Part shown: in pieces, positions 13,641 to 28,934 of the stretch | How positions within the stretch are numbered: the first letter of the stretch is position 1 | Layout of the letters: the number at the start of each line of letters is the position of its first letter | Assembly (NCBI GenBank): GCA_040954595.2 | Contig: CM082583.2 | Location: forward strand, 12,500,987-12,564,986 | DNA: 64,000 nucleotides | Origin: Balanoglossus misakiensis | Taxonomy: Eukaryota; Animalia; Hemichordata | Direction of reading: 5' to 3' | Translations under genes and position numbers: made by a program | Notes under the pieces: model-generated | The model's input: the letters and a program-made list of their open reading frames with translations, nothing else | The model's database searches: none | Told to the model about the DNA's origin: nothing

Positions 13641-16600
13641 ATGACAAGCCACTCGGTAAGTTTTCTATGGTGCATGGCACGTGATTGTAAGTTATTGATG
13701 CACGTTGTTATACGCATAGGGTTTTGGTTTTCATACAGCGGCGTTTTAGTGCCAACACAGTAAACTCCGCTGTATGTTTCCGCCACACTGCACAGCCGCC
13801 TGCCTCCCCCAAATTCGACCAGATCATCGTCTCATTTCGTAAGTATTGTCGCGTCTTGACATCCCATCTTGTCAGCGTGACTGGGGAACAGTGTGTTGAC
13901 ACGATCTGTTTGAATTTCATTTGCGAGTAAGTTGGTTGGTAGCGTAAAGAAAGATTGCATGTTGACATTTGGGTGCGTAAGTTGTCACAATTCGGTGACA
14001 TTTGCCACCAAGCTCAGCGGGGGCCTCCATTCAAAACGGAAGCAGCTGATCACTTGGCGTAACCCCAGCAAGCGCACGCTTTCTCGTCGTCCAAGGTAGC
14101 CCCCCGTTTTTTGATATTCTTATGATTTCTCTGACGTATCTTTTGATTATGACTCGCTTTCGTTAAATGTCACTTGGGATTGTTGAAAAGAAGGTGTAGA
14201 CGCGGCGTTTGTTTTCATAGGCTCAAGAAAGCCATTTTGAAAGCAACATTACGAGACAGTGGTTTGAGACATAGTTGAAGTCGTCTACTGTTACATTCCA
14301 TACAGTTTTAGTAAGATTTAATTTCAATTCAGGTCTAGGTAAATCACAATACCACCGATTTACTGTCTGGGTAGACTGGAGACCACACGGAGCGCCCTTG
14401 GAAGCCAGCTTTCCCGGTTATTTTCCTTTTAAAACCCCACACCCCAGTCAGATCAGATTTATGACAGCGCATTGCCCACTTTTATCTGTTTGATATCAAT
14501 TTCGCAGGACAGGGTACGGGCATTCGATTTTGCTCCCGCGGCCCTGAAGTTCTACGGCAGCGTTGACAATCAACTACCCAGCCCGTCTGCTATTTCGAGG
14601 TCGCGCAAACTCGACGCCTTGAAGTTGCGAGTCGGCGAGGAGGAAGTCATGGAAAGCATACGACAGTCGCAAGACCGCGACCGGGAAAGGGACATCGCCC
14701 CGTCACCAGGTAAACACGGCGGGGACGACAGCGTCAGAACGGACAGAGGGGTTCTCATGGAGACCAACGGCAGACACAGCCCAGAGACGATCACAAGGCC
14801 ACCGGTTGTTACGGTTAAGACTGAGACACAGCTTTCCCCGATGGGCATACAACGGAAGTACCACCAGAGATACACTACAGACCACCAAGCAGACGACGAA
14901 GGTGACGTCGACGACGAGGCATGCTCACCAGACTCAAGACCACCAGTATTCCACCATCAACATCCGCACACACCACACACACCCTCATCAGAAAAACCAA
15001 CCACATCACCTGGTTCACAAGAATGGACATTTGAAGAACAATTTAAACAGGTAAGATTACCTGAGTAGTCTTTTAAACATTAAAGTTCTTCATGTTTTTG
15101 TCAGAATTATTATACTTGTATGTTGATCTAATGATCTAACTAACAGGGGAGTATCACAGTTTGCCACCTGCATTGGGGATGGGAGTTTGCGATTGGAAAA
15201 TGTGGTGAACCAATCAAATCCCAGCCAGATGCAATTGGCATATGATGATAACCCCTTCACTGTTATTTATTTTAATGTACCAAGCATTTAGCAATCTTTA
15301 AGCAGATGAATGGAAAAGCCGCCACATAGAAATGATGTAAAGAACTTCTGATTTCGTCAAATGATAATCTCATACCAGATGACACCATTTGATCTGATTG
15401 GCCATACTTCTTGGCAATCTATGGGATTGGCCAATCACAACAACTGTTATATATTTTCAGTTTACAAGCAAAGAAGGTCCAATAGGCAGCCAGTATAATT
15501 TATCTTAAAAACACGTGCATTTCAAAGCATACACTATTGAAATAGTAAGGTAAAAATGTAATGTAAATGTAAGGGTAAAAAATCAGGGATGAAAAATCAG
15601 TGATCACATTAGAGTATGTGAAACACTTGACATCAAAATATTTGTTGCACAGTAACACCGCAATGACGTACTCTAGCGTTTCATTCGAGTCGGAGCACCA
15701 GTTGCATTGATTGAAACCCTAAGATCAGTCTGAGATACCTGCATTGAAACCTGGGTGTCGGATTTCACATGGTGAATGGGTCAGCCAAATACCTTGGCCA
15801 CTGTCCGACGTCGATCACCATATCAGCCTTCAGTCTGGCTACATGCATACACATTGATTAATGGTCTCAGATTCATGAAAAGGCAAAATGTGATATTAAG
15901 TGACAGGGCAGCGCGGCCTTGAGCACCCCTGAGCTACTTCAGATGCAGTGTGTGTGTTTAGATAATTCTCCGGGCTTTTCAATTGGAGACAATTAAAGAT
16001 ATGGCCTGAAGGGAGTGAACCCATATCTAATGAATTAACATATAGCTTTGCTGGCTGACATACTAATGACCCATACTGAAACTTTTTTGGGGGGCATATA
16101 TTACTCAAGGAAAACTATTCACAATCATTGCAGAGCTGTATCATGTGACGGGAGTTTGTCTGCTTAAGACTTGAATTACAAACAGTCATTTCAGACACAT
16201 TCACAGTAGCCCCCTATATTTTTCTTTACAACGCTCATATTGCTCTCCTACGAGATAAAATCTCGGGAAGAAAAGACTGGTATTTGAGAATGTGAAAATA
16301 AGTTGATGGTACCCTGGTGCTCATTTGAAATTTGAAAGACCGGATTTCTTTAGGCTGTGACACATAATTGCCCGAGGTGACCCTGTGTGTTTGTCTGTTG
16401 TAGAAAACCTCGTCACAAGTGAACCAAATAAAATCCACATTCTGCCAAAAGATCAACGTAAATCTTTTGGTCAAACAGATGGTCGGTGAGTTATCATGGT
16501 CCATTCGGTCCCTTGATAATGAAAAAAATGGTAAATTATGGTCAGAGTGGACTTGTCGACTTGGTTGTTTCATTGAGGATATGTATAAATCCTCAGTGTT

Positions 16601-19600
16601 GGTACATTGTAGTTATTTGGTGGGGATGGACCACAGATGCAGATATTAATTGAACTCTTTGCCTGTCTTTTGTGAATGAGGGGTTCAAGGGTATCCCCTC
16701 TCTTTCAACAACATCACAAGACTTTTTCATTTGGTTCACGGTCAAAAACAAACAAAACAAGGAAGACAGGATCATTTTATTGAAATCCCTTAAATAAAGA
16801 GTCTTCAGTCATCCTCCATTGCATCATTTATTGATCCAGAGACAATTTTTTGTCACAGTGTTTGCGATTGGTCAAATGCAATCCGGTGTGTAAATACCAC
16901 TTCTCTGCCGGCCAATTGCATTCACTGTTCAAAGGAACCTCTGTCTTTTACAGAGATTGACCTGCCGTGTTATTTACAGTAACTGAACGAGGTTGTTAGT
17001 CAGCAAATAATTTGTGTGACCTGAGGTAATTTTTCAACCCCGCACTCCCATTTGGTGCGAGCCCGTCATACAGACTCGCGTATCCTAAAGTCATTTGCGT
17101 GACTAGTTTATTGGCGAAAAAATCATGCTGGAATACTTGAGGTTTTTTTATCAGCACATTTTTCGTCCTGCCATGGGCGAGAAATTCCTCAAAGAGGTCT
17201 GAAACTTTTTGAGGTTCAGTGGTGACAACATGTGAAATGTGGGAACGAGAGTGAATTAAAAGCTGGTGTTATTTCTGAACGATTCATATAGTCACCAAGC
17301 TTTATCAAAATATGCGAAGGTTAACTTTAATACAGCAGACATTACGGTTTGCCCAAGGTAATAAGAACACAATGAAAGCCTCCAATCTGACCAATTTAAT
17401 GTCCTACTCACCCCCAATAAGTAAAGTGGACATTCAGACACTCATAAAACATTCATTGAAATGACTTGATCTGTATAGTGGATACATCCATCACCCTGAA
17501 CAAAGTTTATATATTTGAATACTGGCGCAGAATTGCAGTAAAGTATATGGGCCCAAACCTACATTCCATCGTATGTCATTTTATCACCTGAATTGCAGCC
17601 CGATGAAAGTGTAAAATTTTACTGCTCTATTTTGAATCACAGCCCCGTACGAACTTGGTAAGATGATATTGCTTTCTCGGTGAAAATACCTATGGCCTAG
17701 TCATCCATATTAAATTGTTCTATTCAATTAATGGCTGACTCTGCTCCATGAACAGACAAGGGCCATAGGTCCTGGCAGACCGACGGATTGTTGTGAATTA
17801 CACTTTTACGAGCGTTGCCTACTTTTTTTAGGGGGATTTATTTGGAATATTAATTAAGGCAGTACGCTCCTAAAAATTGAAAGCTGCATAACTTCCGCTG
17901 GGGCGAGAGTAATGATAGGGTGTCCTGCAGTCCACTTTCGCAGCGGAAAAAAAAATAGGGGTCACCTCATTTGGTGTCTGTAACGCCACAAAGCTATACC
18001 TTGTCTCAGCTCCCACTTCAATTCTTATTCAAAGTGGCAAGGAGGTAAATGTTTAAGAGTTAATGCTTAAAAATTTGAATGTCTGTGATATGATAGCTGT
18101 GGAACAGTGTCAGATACATCGATCTGTGGTGCGGTTTTCTCTGATTGTGAAGTTGATCAAAAGCTGCATGCACACAGGCCAAAAAAAGCCAGACTGACAA
18201 TTGTATGAAATGATTCAGAAGGTCAAGACCACCAGATGTGACAGGTCAAGTTCAAAGCCATGAAAAGTAGCAGTGGTGTGTGTAATCAAGTTTAAACAAT
18301 GGCATCCAGTGCGGTGGAAAGGTTAATTTTGAGAAAGCCTCTCCCCTTCAATCCAGGAAAGTTTAGTGCATGTCAAACGAAGTGGGCTGCCATGAAGTTA
18401 ATCAGATTGAATTCAACCCTGCTGTGAATGAACACTTTCACTTCAGCACTTAAGTCAAGGTGACGGCCGGGTGTATAGACAATGAGAAATAAAAGCCTGG
18501 CTACTATTAGACACCTGTAACCTTTACATGTTTGTGTTGGTGACCACACTGTTATGTTCTTCACGCTCTGGTGGAAGGAGTTTCTCAAAAAAAGTGACAA
18601 TTAAGTCTTCTGCGCCAGACAAACAGTTCGCCTTTTATTATCGCCTCCCTTAATCACATATGCCAGCTGTTTGGACAGTTGGTGAATTAAAGTGCCGAAA
18701 ACTCATAAAATTTAGAAGGTTATGGAATCAATAAAATTGTCTTTTTGTGCACAGGCTTAGGTCATTTCACATCCTGTTGACTACTTTTATATACAGAACA
18801 AACCATAAAATGAATATTCCAGGGTAGAATTAACTAATAGAGAAAGACTGCAGATTTTTCTCAAATTGGAGGGGGTGGTATTGAAATGATCAAGTGATAC
18901 CAGTTTTTGTCAGTGAAGTGTACATTAAGAATGAAGAAATGTTAAGAAGCGACTACCATTTGGATTTTAATGTCACAGTAGCTGTAACCTTTGACAGTTT
19001 TTTAGTCCTTTTTTCTGTTTGATGATTCAAGTACAATTTCCTGTTCTACTCACTGAAGTATGTTGAAACACCAATATTCTGTTGTATCAACTCTCCTCTA
19101 GTACATATATGTTATGTGCATTTTATTGCTGATACTTAAATTTACCATTTTTAACATGCATGTTCTGGATAACACATGAAAAGACTCGGTTTTATGGCTC
19201 TGGGAAATAAACATTTGCCAGATAGTAGTAGATGTCACATGTCTGGGACTAAATTTAATCTTGATAAAAATGGGACAGGCCCCCTTGTATGTGAGAGAGT
19301 CTAGGGTAACATTGCATTGTGGGATACAGAACACGGCATTCTGGGAGAGGGGTATCGTGTGAATAAGTTTTGTGTCACCTTTGACCTCACTTAGTGGAAC
19401 GGGTGATTTATTGGCAACAGCAGTGCACGGAAGAAATGTCATCCCCAATATTGTGAACTCAAAAGTTTTTTGAGCAAGACGTGAATTTAATAAGAGACCT
19501 GCATAATCAACACCTACTCAATTTTATAGCCTCCCATACATATGTGCTGAGGTTCAGATTCCATCACATGTGATGGAAGTCTATTGGGATGTCGACTCAG

Positions 19601-22600
19601 TCCAATAACTGGGGGAGGGGGGTTGACTCATGCTGCCAACTCATCGATCATTGTCTGGACTTCATCAGCATCAGACCACCGCAGGATTTTGTTTAAATTT
19701 TTGGGGGTGCAATCTGTCAAGTTGCCATCATTGGTTTTGAATTAAGAAGCATCCCACCAAGACATACAAACTAAATAGGAATCTGGAAAAAAGTTCTGGA
19801 ACTTCTCACGATGCAATAAAAACAGTCTTGTGTTGTCTGTATCCATTTGAAGATGGTCATAAAAATTTGTTTCCATTTCTGGTGAAGAGTGTTGTCAGCA
19901 GGCAATATAATTTTCATAATTATGATGAAGTTTGAAACTGTTGAGTGGCAGAAAGTGGATGTTTCATCGTGAATAGTTGACAGAGTTATCACATTCATGA
20001 AAGAAAATCAGGAAAACTGACTGACTTTCATGATTGTGATATCCGTTGGTCTCACTCAATCTGCTGGCGGTGACTGGCGGATAAAGTATCTGAAATCTCA
20101 TAAACAGACTCAAGGACATAGGGCCCAAACAGCATACTTAATACACTTTAATAGGCAAAATGACCCACATATAGTTTACTTTCTACTCTGTCATTCTGCC
20201 AGTCTGACCGCTGCAATCTTTGACTGAGCAACTGTTGAATTTTGTTGCCTGCTTGATTCGATGATTTGAAGACACCAAGAGTTAATATCAAGAGTTTTGT
20301 AAAAAGTGCTCTTTATTTATAATCTAGCCACATCAGTGACACGGCATGACCTTTCATTTCTTGAAACAATCATACTTTGAACTGCATCGTTAAATGTGTG
20401 AGTTCCCATTTTCTGTTTGGATACACATTCTGCCGTTTCAAATCCAAGAAAAAAAATTGTGTTTAGAGTTCAAGGACTAAACTAGGCTGCATTGTCTTCT
20501 ACGAGTCCAAGAGGGATGACTCTAAAGGAGTCGCTAAGCAACAGTTGCCATGTCAACTCAGTATCAGGAAGATTTACAGCCTGTGTTGATGTGACTTCAT
20601 TGGAACTATTTCATCAACAAAGAATGACGGCGATCATGTCATGTGATGATCTGGGATGATGGTGATGAAAATTCTTGAAATTATCAGGGTAATATTGTAA
20701 ACATGTGTTTACCTTTCTGTGTGCCAATGGCATAAAATTTCAGTGGATCACTTTTGTATGTGAGCAACATACATGTGGTAATATTTTATATTTAGCCATT
20801 GTAGTTTATGGTGACAGGATTAGAGAATTTCAGTCGGTTAGCAAATTCTCCATACTATATATAGCAAGCGTTACCTGCAGGTTTTTTTTCATCACTCTTA
20901 ATACCTTATCACCGAGTTTTATGTGAGAAGCACACATTGCAGCCCAATATAAAATACTGGTGCTCACCACACACCCACCTTCGGCATATCAGTTACTTGA
21001 CGCCATGTATCACACGTCTGACTCGCCCCATTACTTCCAAATACCACTGATTTCTTTCAACAATGCCATTTGTTTCTTGGCAACATTTTTAGCGTTCCCT
21101 AAATTTTGGCAGATTCCACAGTTCTTTTTGGGACAAAATCGTTGGTTAGTGTATTCTGAACAACTCTAGGTCAAAAGTTACAGTTGTCTTGAGAAAAATG
21201 TGAGAAAAAATTGAAGAATTTTGTTTTCAAGGTGCATGCGTACAGTTCTACCTTTGATTTGTATTTGACAGTTGTGACTAGGGGAATCATTGTCTTCTCT
21301 TGTACTAGCTATATGTTCTGTAACTTGTGTAAAGTGCCACTCCAATTTTGAACATGAACACAAGGAGTTTTTGTAAATCTGTCGGTTGTTGTCACAAATA
21401 ATGAAGGACCACTGAAGCCTGCCATCAAAGTACCAGTCATGCAATTGTCTCAGTCTTAAATGATCATCAATTAACAGTGAATTTAATTAGCGAAAGCAGT
21501 GACCGTCTTTTGTGGATTGACAAGAAAGTGGCCATAAGCCTGTGGTAATACATTAGAGACACATTTGAGTGTGAATTATTCATTGAGAGTCCATTCAACA
21601 AAATGAAAAATTGATAGCTTGAAGAACGTGACATAACCTTGTGAATAATGAATGTCTCGTTCTCATCTCTCATAACAAAATTTCTCTAGATCACGTCCTA
21701 CGCTGTGAAATCAAAAGGACGTTCTGAATTTGCGTTCATCCTGGCACTTGGACCATGAAGTCAAAACAAACAATCAGCCAAGCGTGGGAGGTTTAACTGC
21801 AACTAATGCTTAGTTGCTGGTAGTTTGTGCAGCAGATTGGATATTTTTAATTTTGACCAGGGCTTTCTCTGCTTCTGTGATGAGCAGATCTATGACAGAT
21901 GTTTATTTTGGGGCATTTGATAATTCTCATGCATGACTAGACTCTCAAAATGATGGTGCACACTTGTGTATTCCTCTCCTCCGACAAACATCTCCATCTT
22001 TTGCCAAAGGCACGATGGGGAAAACTAATGGATAACACTTGAAATATATACATGACTCTGACCTTAGTCTTATGCTAGTGGTATAATTTATGAAAATGTT
22101 TCACACCTCCTGGTGGCCTATCGACACAGGGTCATGTGGGATGTGTTTGTCATTGGGCTGTCAGTGGCCAAGTCATGGCATGGACATATATTTTGATTCT
22201 TGTCAGAAGCTTTAGAATACTTTGATTTAGTGGCATGCTTTTGAGCATTTACATACAGTTACTGCACTGTTCTTTACCTGGAAATGTCATTTGGATTATT
22301 TATTCCTTGTCTTTTTCCTGTGTTTTTGTAATTGTTGAATATTTTATTATATTATTCTATTATCCCTTCCTCTGAACGTTCGGCTAACGGAAGTTGCAAC
22401 AGCATTGCAGCATATATTGGCTTGAGTATATGTACTTAGCAGGCAAATTGGAAGCCACAGGTAGCCATGAACTGCAGAGTGCATATTGGCTGCCACGTTT
22501 TAGGTGTTGGGACATCTCCCATAAAGACAAGACAGTAAAGTTTTATAGTGGCAATCATATTTCAAAACACAACCAGTCAAATGATATTAAGCTCCAGTGA

Positions 22601-25600
22601 TTAGGAAATAGAGGTGTTATAAATTCCTAATGCACTCTGTTACATTAAGATTGTGCAATGCTTAAGGATATAAAATCAATCTTGGTGTCAATTAATCAAA
22701 AAAGGATTGGGTCGCTATTTTAATTGTTGAGGAAAGTTTTAGTAGACTGCATCTGTAGAGTTACAAACTCATTTTTTTTTATTCACAGTTATATGAACTT
22801 ACCGAAGATCCAAAGAGGAAAGAGTTCTTGGACGATTTATTTTCTTACATGCAGAAAAGAGGTGAGTCTATAAGTTCTCTTGTCAATTCAGCATCAAGTA
22901 ATGAAAGTGTAAATACTTGGAGTGGAAGTTAGTAGTTAGAAAATCTCACATTTTATGTATGGTAATATTGTTAGTTCTGATTGGTCCATTCCTTAGTAAA
23001 GCCATGCAATTCATTATCTGTAATATTCATTAAAAGAACTCCAAATAGATTAATTAATCAAGCAAAATGCAATTAATTCTTATTAATTAAAATAAATTAC
23101 TTGTTCAGCCTTTTGCCGGCTTGGCATTCTTTGTGTTGGTGTTAGGGATATTTAGATGAAATTCTTTGTTGCAAATACTGCTCATTGACAATTGCTGGTG
23201 GTGGGTATACAGTGTTTTGAAATAGTATTTTTTTTCAAGTTTGAAAAATTAAAACAAACATTTACCAATCAGCTTACGTTTTCCCTCAAACAAAAGAATT
23301 GTTGAATTAAAATATCCTCAGTCAGCATTTTAACAAATATGGTGGTTGTGGATTTTGATGAAGGAAAATTGCATAGCTTGAAATGAAAAACATTCATTCA
23401 TTTCTCCAAAGATTTTAAGCATTTATGGTCGTTGAGTCTTGAATGATTAATGGTCTGTGTTGTATGCCGTCAGAACTGCAGCAGCGTTCTGTGATTTTGC
23501 TTCTTTGATGCGTTTTGACAAATGCAGGTCTGACCCACTGGGGTACACAGGTGTGCTACCAGTGTTAAATGCCACTTTACCCTTGGGGTTGGTGCTAACT
23601 TGCTGACATCAGACAAATCAAACATTAGTCCCCCAGTAGTAAACATGTAGCACTATCCACCACAGGCCTCAGTTGCATTCTTCCAATAAACTCCTTCGGT
23701 AGATGTAAATATGGGAATTATGCTGACTGTATTGCACTATTTCCCCGTCAACTAGGGAGCATCTTAACACCATTCTAATTTGCTTGTCGTGAGTAATATT
23801 CATAATGATTTTCCCTCATAAGCAGCTTTCCTTAAGATGGCAATTTTCTTATTAGGGATGATTTTAATTTAATCTTTAATATGTTTGCTTAGAATGATAT
23901 TAATCTCCCCTAAATAAATAATTGCATTCTCAATGGACTAGCCTGCCAGGGTCGATGAATGTTGATATTAAAAATTTTAATCAACAGGTTTTGTAAAAAT
24001 CGTCCAATTAATTAGAAATGTTTAATTTGTGCTGTTTTTGTTGCAATCTTACTTTTCATGAAAAGTAAATTACATAACTTTACTTATCATACCAAACTTT
24101 AATATCTCAGCTGTGTCTGATGTGTACTAATTAATCAAGCAATTAAATTCATTCCCTATCGTGGCCACTAAGAAAGATGTTAAAAGTCTTTTAATTACTC
24201 TCTGTTAATTGACATTAATTTTCATTAAAACACACTGCTTGTCAGTTGCCATTGTTTTAATTACTCCCCGTTAATTGACATTAATTTTCATGGGTGTGCA
24301 TTGCTCATCAGTTGCCATGGTTACAAGTGACAATGATGTGATACTTGAGGAGTCACTTATTATTTATATTTTGTTAATTAAGAAGGTGGGAGTAATGACC
24401 GGTCATTGCTCTTTAATCCTGATTTCTCCGTAATGAAATCCACTTATTCTTCCCAAATGGCCCCTATTCTAATCCGAAAGTACTTCTTCAGATCCAGATG
24501 TTCCATCCACTCTGAATTACAATCGAACAAACACCAGTTGCCAGTCGGACCATGCCAACCCCATAATTAAGCACATGAATAGGCAGTCTTGTTGGCCAAA
24601 ATGTCCAAAGATGTTCGCCATTGTACCAAAAGTCATTCACAACAAGCTGCCCATGGAAATGTAATAATTGACGATGAAACAACTACAATGACAATTGAAT
24701 ACCAGGTACATAGTGTAATCCTCTTTTCTTTAAGCTACCTGTCCATTCAATGCCCGTCTCTCGACCCCAATCTGGTGTGAATACATTCGGTATTGAGTTG
24801 CAGTTTTGCATACATCAGTGCTTTGCTTCCCTGTCGCTCTCACAATCTCTTTCCATCCTCCCCCTCCCAGATCAGAAAATATGAACATTTTCTCCCTCGG
24901 GTTTTTATCTACTGGTGGGGTATAAACTCTTACTGTACCGATAGCTGTAACTTTAAGAGTAACCCATCCGTTATAGTCACACATATCTGCGACATTTTCA
25001 GAGCAGCTGTCCAGCGCTGAACTGTGTTATGTTGATTGCAGGGGATTGTTCTGGTGGCATGGGCTTGATTATACAATTACCGGGACATTGATTCAGGACC
25101 CAATGGTGTTTATCATGACAAAACTGCCCAATAAGTACTAAGTCAACACTCCAAAGTCTTGTATAGAATTCGCCTCCAATTGAGAGAAGATCACTGGTGA
25201 TGTTGTGCTGGGCTGTAGTTGTGGGAAAGCACGGAGGAAACTCGAAGATTACTTTCACGAGCAGTGCTGTGTTAAAAAGGTTGTTGACAATTTTGGCCGG
25301 TTTCGATGAGGAATCGGGGGAAATAGATTAATAGAACTTAAGATGGCACAAGTGTCGGTCATGTGACCAGTCGCATTGAAAGGCTCTTAATTGAGTTGTA
25401 TTAAGCCACTGTAATCACTATTGTTAGTTATTTGGGCTGCAGTTTGCGGGTGCATAATGGCGAAAACTTGTCCGTCCGATTGTTGTAGTTAGTTGTATAA
25501 ATTTTTAATCAGGATTGGCTAGCTGTCTGATAAGGATGGTCTTTGTTTCGTTCGAGGCCGATAACTTGCCCTGCAGGTTGGAACGGCAGAAAAAATCTCT

Positions 25601-28600
25601 GAATCAATGCAACACCTGAGTGTTGGCATTCAACTCTCGCTGACTGGAATAATCTATGATCTGAAATTCCTGAAGAACTTTGTGTGTGGACATTTGGGAA
25701 GCATAAAGCACCTGTGTGTAATCGACTCATTGAGCTCGACATGAAATTATGTAACTGGTCTGTCCATCTGTCTGTCTCAGTGTCTTTTTTGATTCACTGA
25801 CACTATTTGGAGCTGTGTGTGACCTTGCTTTGTAACCCCGAGGCATAAACACAGCGGTGTGTTGAGTGGTCTCTAAAAAAAATCACTGTCTGGACCGTAG
25901 AGCGGTACATTTGACAACTTGGCTCATAAGTGCCGATCAAGTCAAGTCAAAATTCCCCATCCGCTAAAAAATGCATGCACTCTGTGTTTGCATTGTGGAA
26001 CCACCGTTGACAGTCAGAAGTATTTGACCAGGTGAAGAATGGCTTCTAATGAGAGGGGAAATTAAGCTGCATTAGAGATGAAATCCACCTTTTCTCTCTC
26101 GGAGTTCATTAATTTGAGATAATGGTCGAAGCACCCCATGTGGTTGCGACTGGCCACTTGAAAGCACACTGAGCGTTGACTTAATAACATTCCCAGTGTG
26201 TGTACGAAAATGCAAACTTAATAACTCTTAAGGCAGACTTCATAAATGTTTGATAAGAAAGCAGACAGCTTATATCATATGTCAACATGATTTAAATTTG
26301 AGGTAGCAACTTCTTACAAGCGGAATACCACCTGTTTTTTTTTTTTTTTTTTGGGGGGGGAGTTCTTCGTGATCAGAATTTAAAGGCTATAGGTAGGGCT
26401 TAAAGTGTTGTTTTATTTGGAAATATAGTGTGGGAAAACATCCCTGTCTTATTCTCGATTATCTCCAGAGTATTCCAGTTGCCAACAAATATTTCATCCA
26501 AGCCATTCCATCAAATTCACTCTCCTAATTCCTTCTCTTGCATGCAACCATACCAGTCAAATATAAATACTTTCAAGGCCAGTAATATATTTTTTTCAAC
26601 AAGTTAGGAAACCGTGGTACATTCATCTCAGAGAAGAAATAATGAAAAACAGATTTGGAGTCGGAATTCCAGAGGTAGCAGAGGTCTCTCAAGAGCAGAG
26701 ACAGTTGCTACATCAATCAACACAGTTGATTTTTATTTCTCAATAAATCTGTAATGAATGACACATTTATTTCACCGCCGGACATATCAAATATCTGCAG
26801 TTATATGGTTTATATGACTGTCATGATTATTTTTATTGAGTGTCTACTGCGTCCACTGGTGTCAGTTTTATCGAAGTTTTTTTCAGTGGCACTAAAGAGG
26901 ATGAAATTGCTACTGTAAGTTTTTTGGTGTTGGCGCTTGAAAATATGTCCAATATAAATATGCCATTTTGGTCTATGTCATATGATGATTGTTGGCGTAT
27001 CAACAGATCAAGTGATGTAATCTCTGAATTTTAAGTACTGATAGCTAGCTGTGTATTATTGGCCATTATCAAGTTGCATCAAGGGCCAATTGACTGGATG
27101 ACTTTATTGCCACTATTTATTCACCTGGTTGCTAGGGAAGGTGCTGAGAATATTAATTTCATTTCTTCTGTGTTGGTAAAAGCAGTCTAATGTAAACTGC
27201 CTTGACACTTACCATTGTATGTTTGTTTGTCGTAAAATTTCATAAAAATGAACATTCAGCTCATTGACTATTTGGCGGTATTTACCATACAACACGTACC
27301 AGGATCTTTTTCTGTCCCTGTACCAGCAACACAGTTACAATTATGGTGCGTGGACACCGAGATCTGGGTTGCCCACCTTTCCATTTCAAGGCTATTTTTT
27401 CTCCACCAGGAAAAGAAATGATATATGGTACCTGACATCTGTTTGATGAATAATGCATGATGCATGTCCAAATGGTTGACTTTTATATCGGGTGTCTCGT
27501 CCCTACAAATATTCAAAATGTTTTTGGCGAAGCCAGAAATAGTTTTACACAGTATTTCCAACGTATTCAAATGTAATTCAAAATGAAAACAGACGGATGG
27601 TCGTAAAGTTAACGGACACTACGTCAAAATATGAAATGGGGGCGCTGTCACTTTGGACCCTAACATACAGTGGGTACACAATGTGTGTATACATTTTAAT
27701 ACACATTTTGATCTGTTATTTTCATCATTGTGAACCTAAACAAACCATTTGTCTTCTTCTCTTTGCAGGTACACCTGTGAACCGTATCCCCATCATGGCG
27801 AAACAAACACTAGACTTGTATGAACTGTTTAAACTAGTGGTAGCTAAAGGAGGATTAGTTGAAGTAATTAACAAGAAACTGTGGAGAGAGATCACCAAGG
27901 GACTTAACCTGCCGTCTTCCATCACCAGTGCTGCGTTTACCCTCAGGACACAGTAAGTCACACCAATAGAAGTTTTGCAGGATGTTTGAGTGGGTTTTAG
28001 GGTGTAAAGTCTTTGAAATCTGTCGCAATTATGAAACCTAACATTTTCTCTTTCTTTGTATTCTACAAACAGATACATGAAATATCTGTATCCCTACGAG
28101 TGTGAGAAGTTGAAGATGAGTTCTCCAATCGAGCTGCAAGCCGCCATCGACGGTAACCGGCGTGAAGGTCGTCGTTCTAGCTACTCGTCCAGTTCTTTCT
28201 TGCAGTCTCCAGGGTCACCACCACCGTCGATGGTCCCACAGCCGCTACGCATGCACAACAGCACTGGCAATAATGGATCAGCAAGTCTATCATCAGGTTT
28301 GTTGTTGTTGTTGTTGTTGTTTTCAGCCTATTGAAGTTGCCTGGTTGACCAGGGCCGAGTTAATACACAGGGAAACTGTTCCATCAGCAGAGGTTACTCA
28401 GAAATTTTGAATTTTTTAATTTGCTGTACTAATTCACATGTGTGTGTGTGCCATAATATTCCACAGGTGATGATGACAGTCTGCCATCGACTCCGACACA
28501 TCACAGTCACCCCGGTAACCCAATCCTCCTACCAGAAGTGGACGGACCACTGCCTCCAAAGCGACTAATGTACAGCGAGGAACAAGTGCGCCAGATACAG

Positions 28601-28934
28601 CAACAGATGCAGCCCAGAGAACTTCCACAATCCACACATATCAAAATCACAAGCGCAAGAGGTAAAATCTCCCCATGCTGTCCTCATTTTCAGAACTTTT
28701 GTTGAAATTTAAACCAATGTGATCGTGATAGACTTAGTCTTACATCACTATTTCTCTCACACCACAGACAGCGGTATGCCCCTTCTGGAACTCCGAGGAG
28801 ACAATTCTCTGATTGTGAGCATTGAGCTGAACGGTGTCCTCTACCAAGGCATCCTGTACGCGCGCGGAACTCCCGGACATCCTCTGCATCCATCACCAAC
28901 AGTCATCGGGCGACCTCCAACGCTGCGAGACTGA
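13641..28934 (+). CDS. ARID3: ARID3-family transcription factor (dead ringer/retained/Bright): eARID + REKLES domains
   Basis: Exons 13641-13655 (MTSHS, least certain), 14508-15050, 22789-22861, 27769-27952, 28073-28296, 28467-28661, 28768-28934. Spliced WTFEEQFKQLYELTEDPKRKEFLDDLFSYMQKRGTPVNRIPIMAKQTLDLYELFKLVVAKGGLVEVINKKLWREITKGLNLPSSITSAAFTLRTQYMKYLYPYEC is the ARID3 extended ARID. SIELNGVLYQGILYA is the REKLES beta motif. Confidence 0.95.
24189..24320. repeat. Two-copy 66-bp tandem duplication in ARID3 intron 3
   Basis: ttttaattactc-c-gttaattgacattaattttcat...cagttgccat repeated at 24189 and 24255. Confidence 0.75.

Noticed and set aside
15100-27700. Short ORFs in ARID3 introns as nested genes
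   Set aside because: No domains, no coding-like composition and no consistent splice chains, apart from the real exon at 22789-22861.
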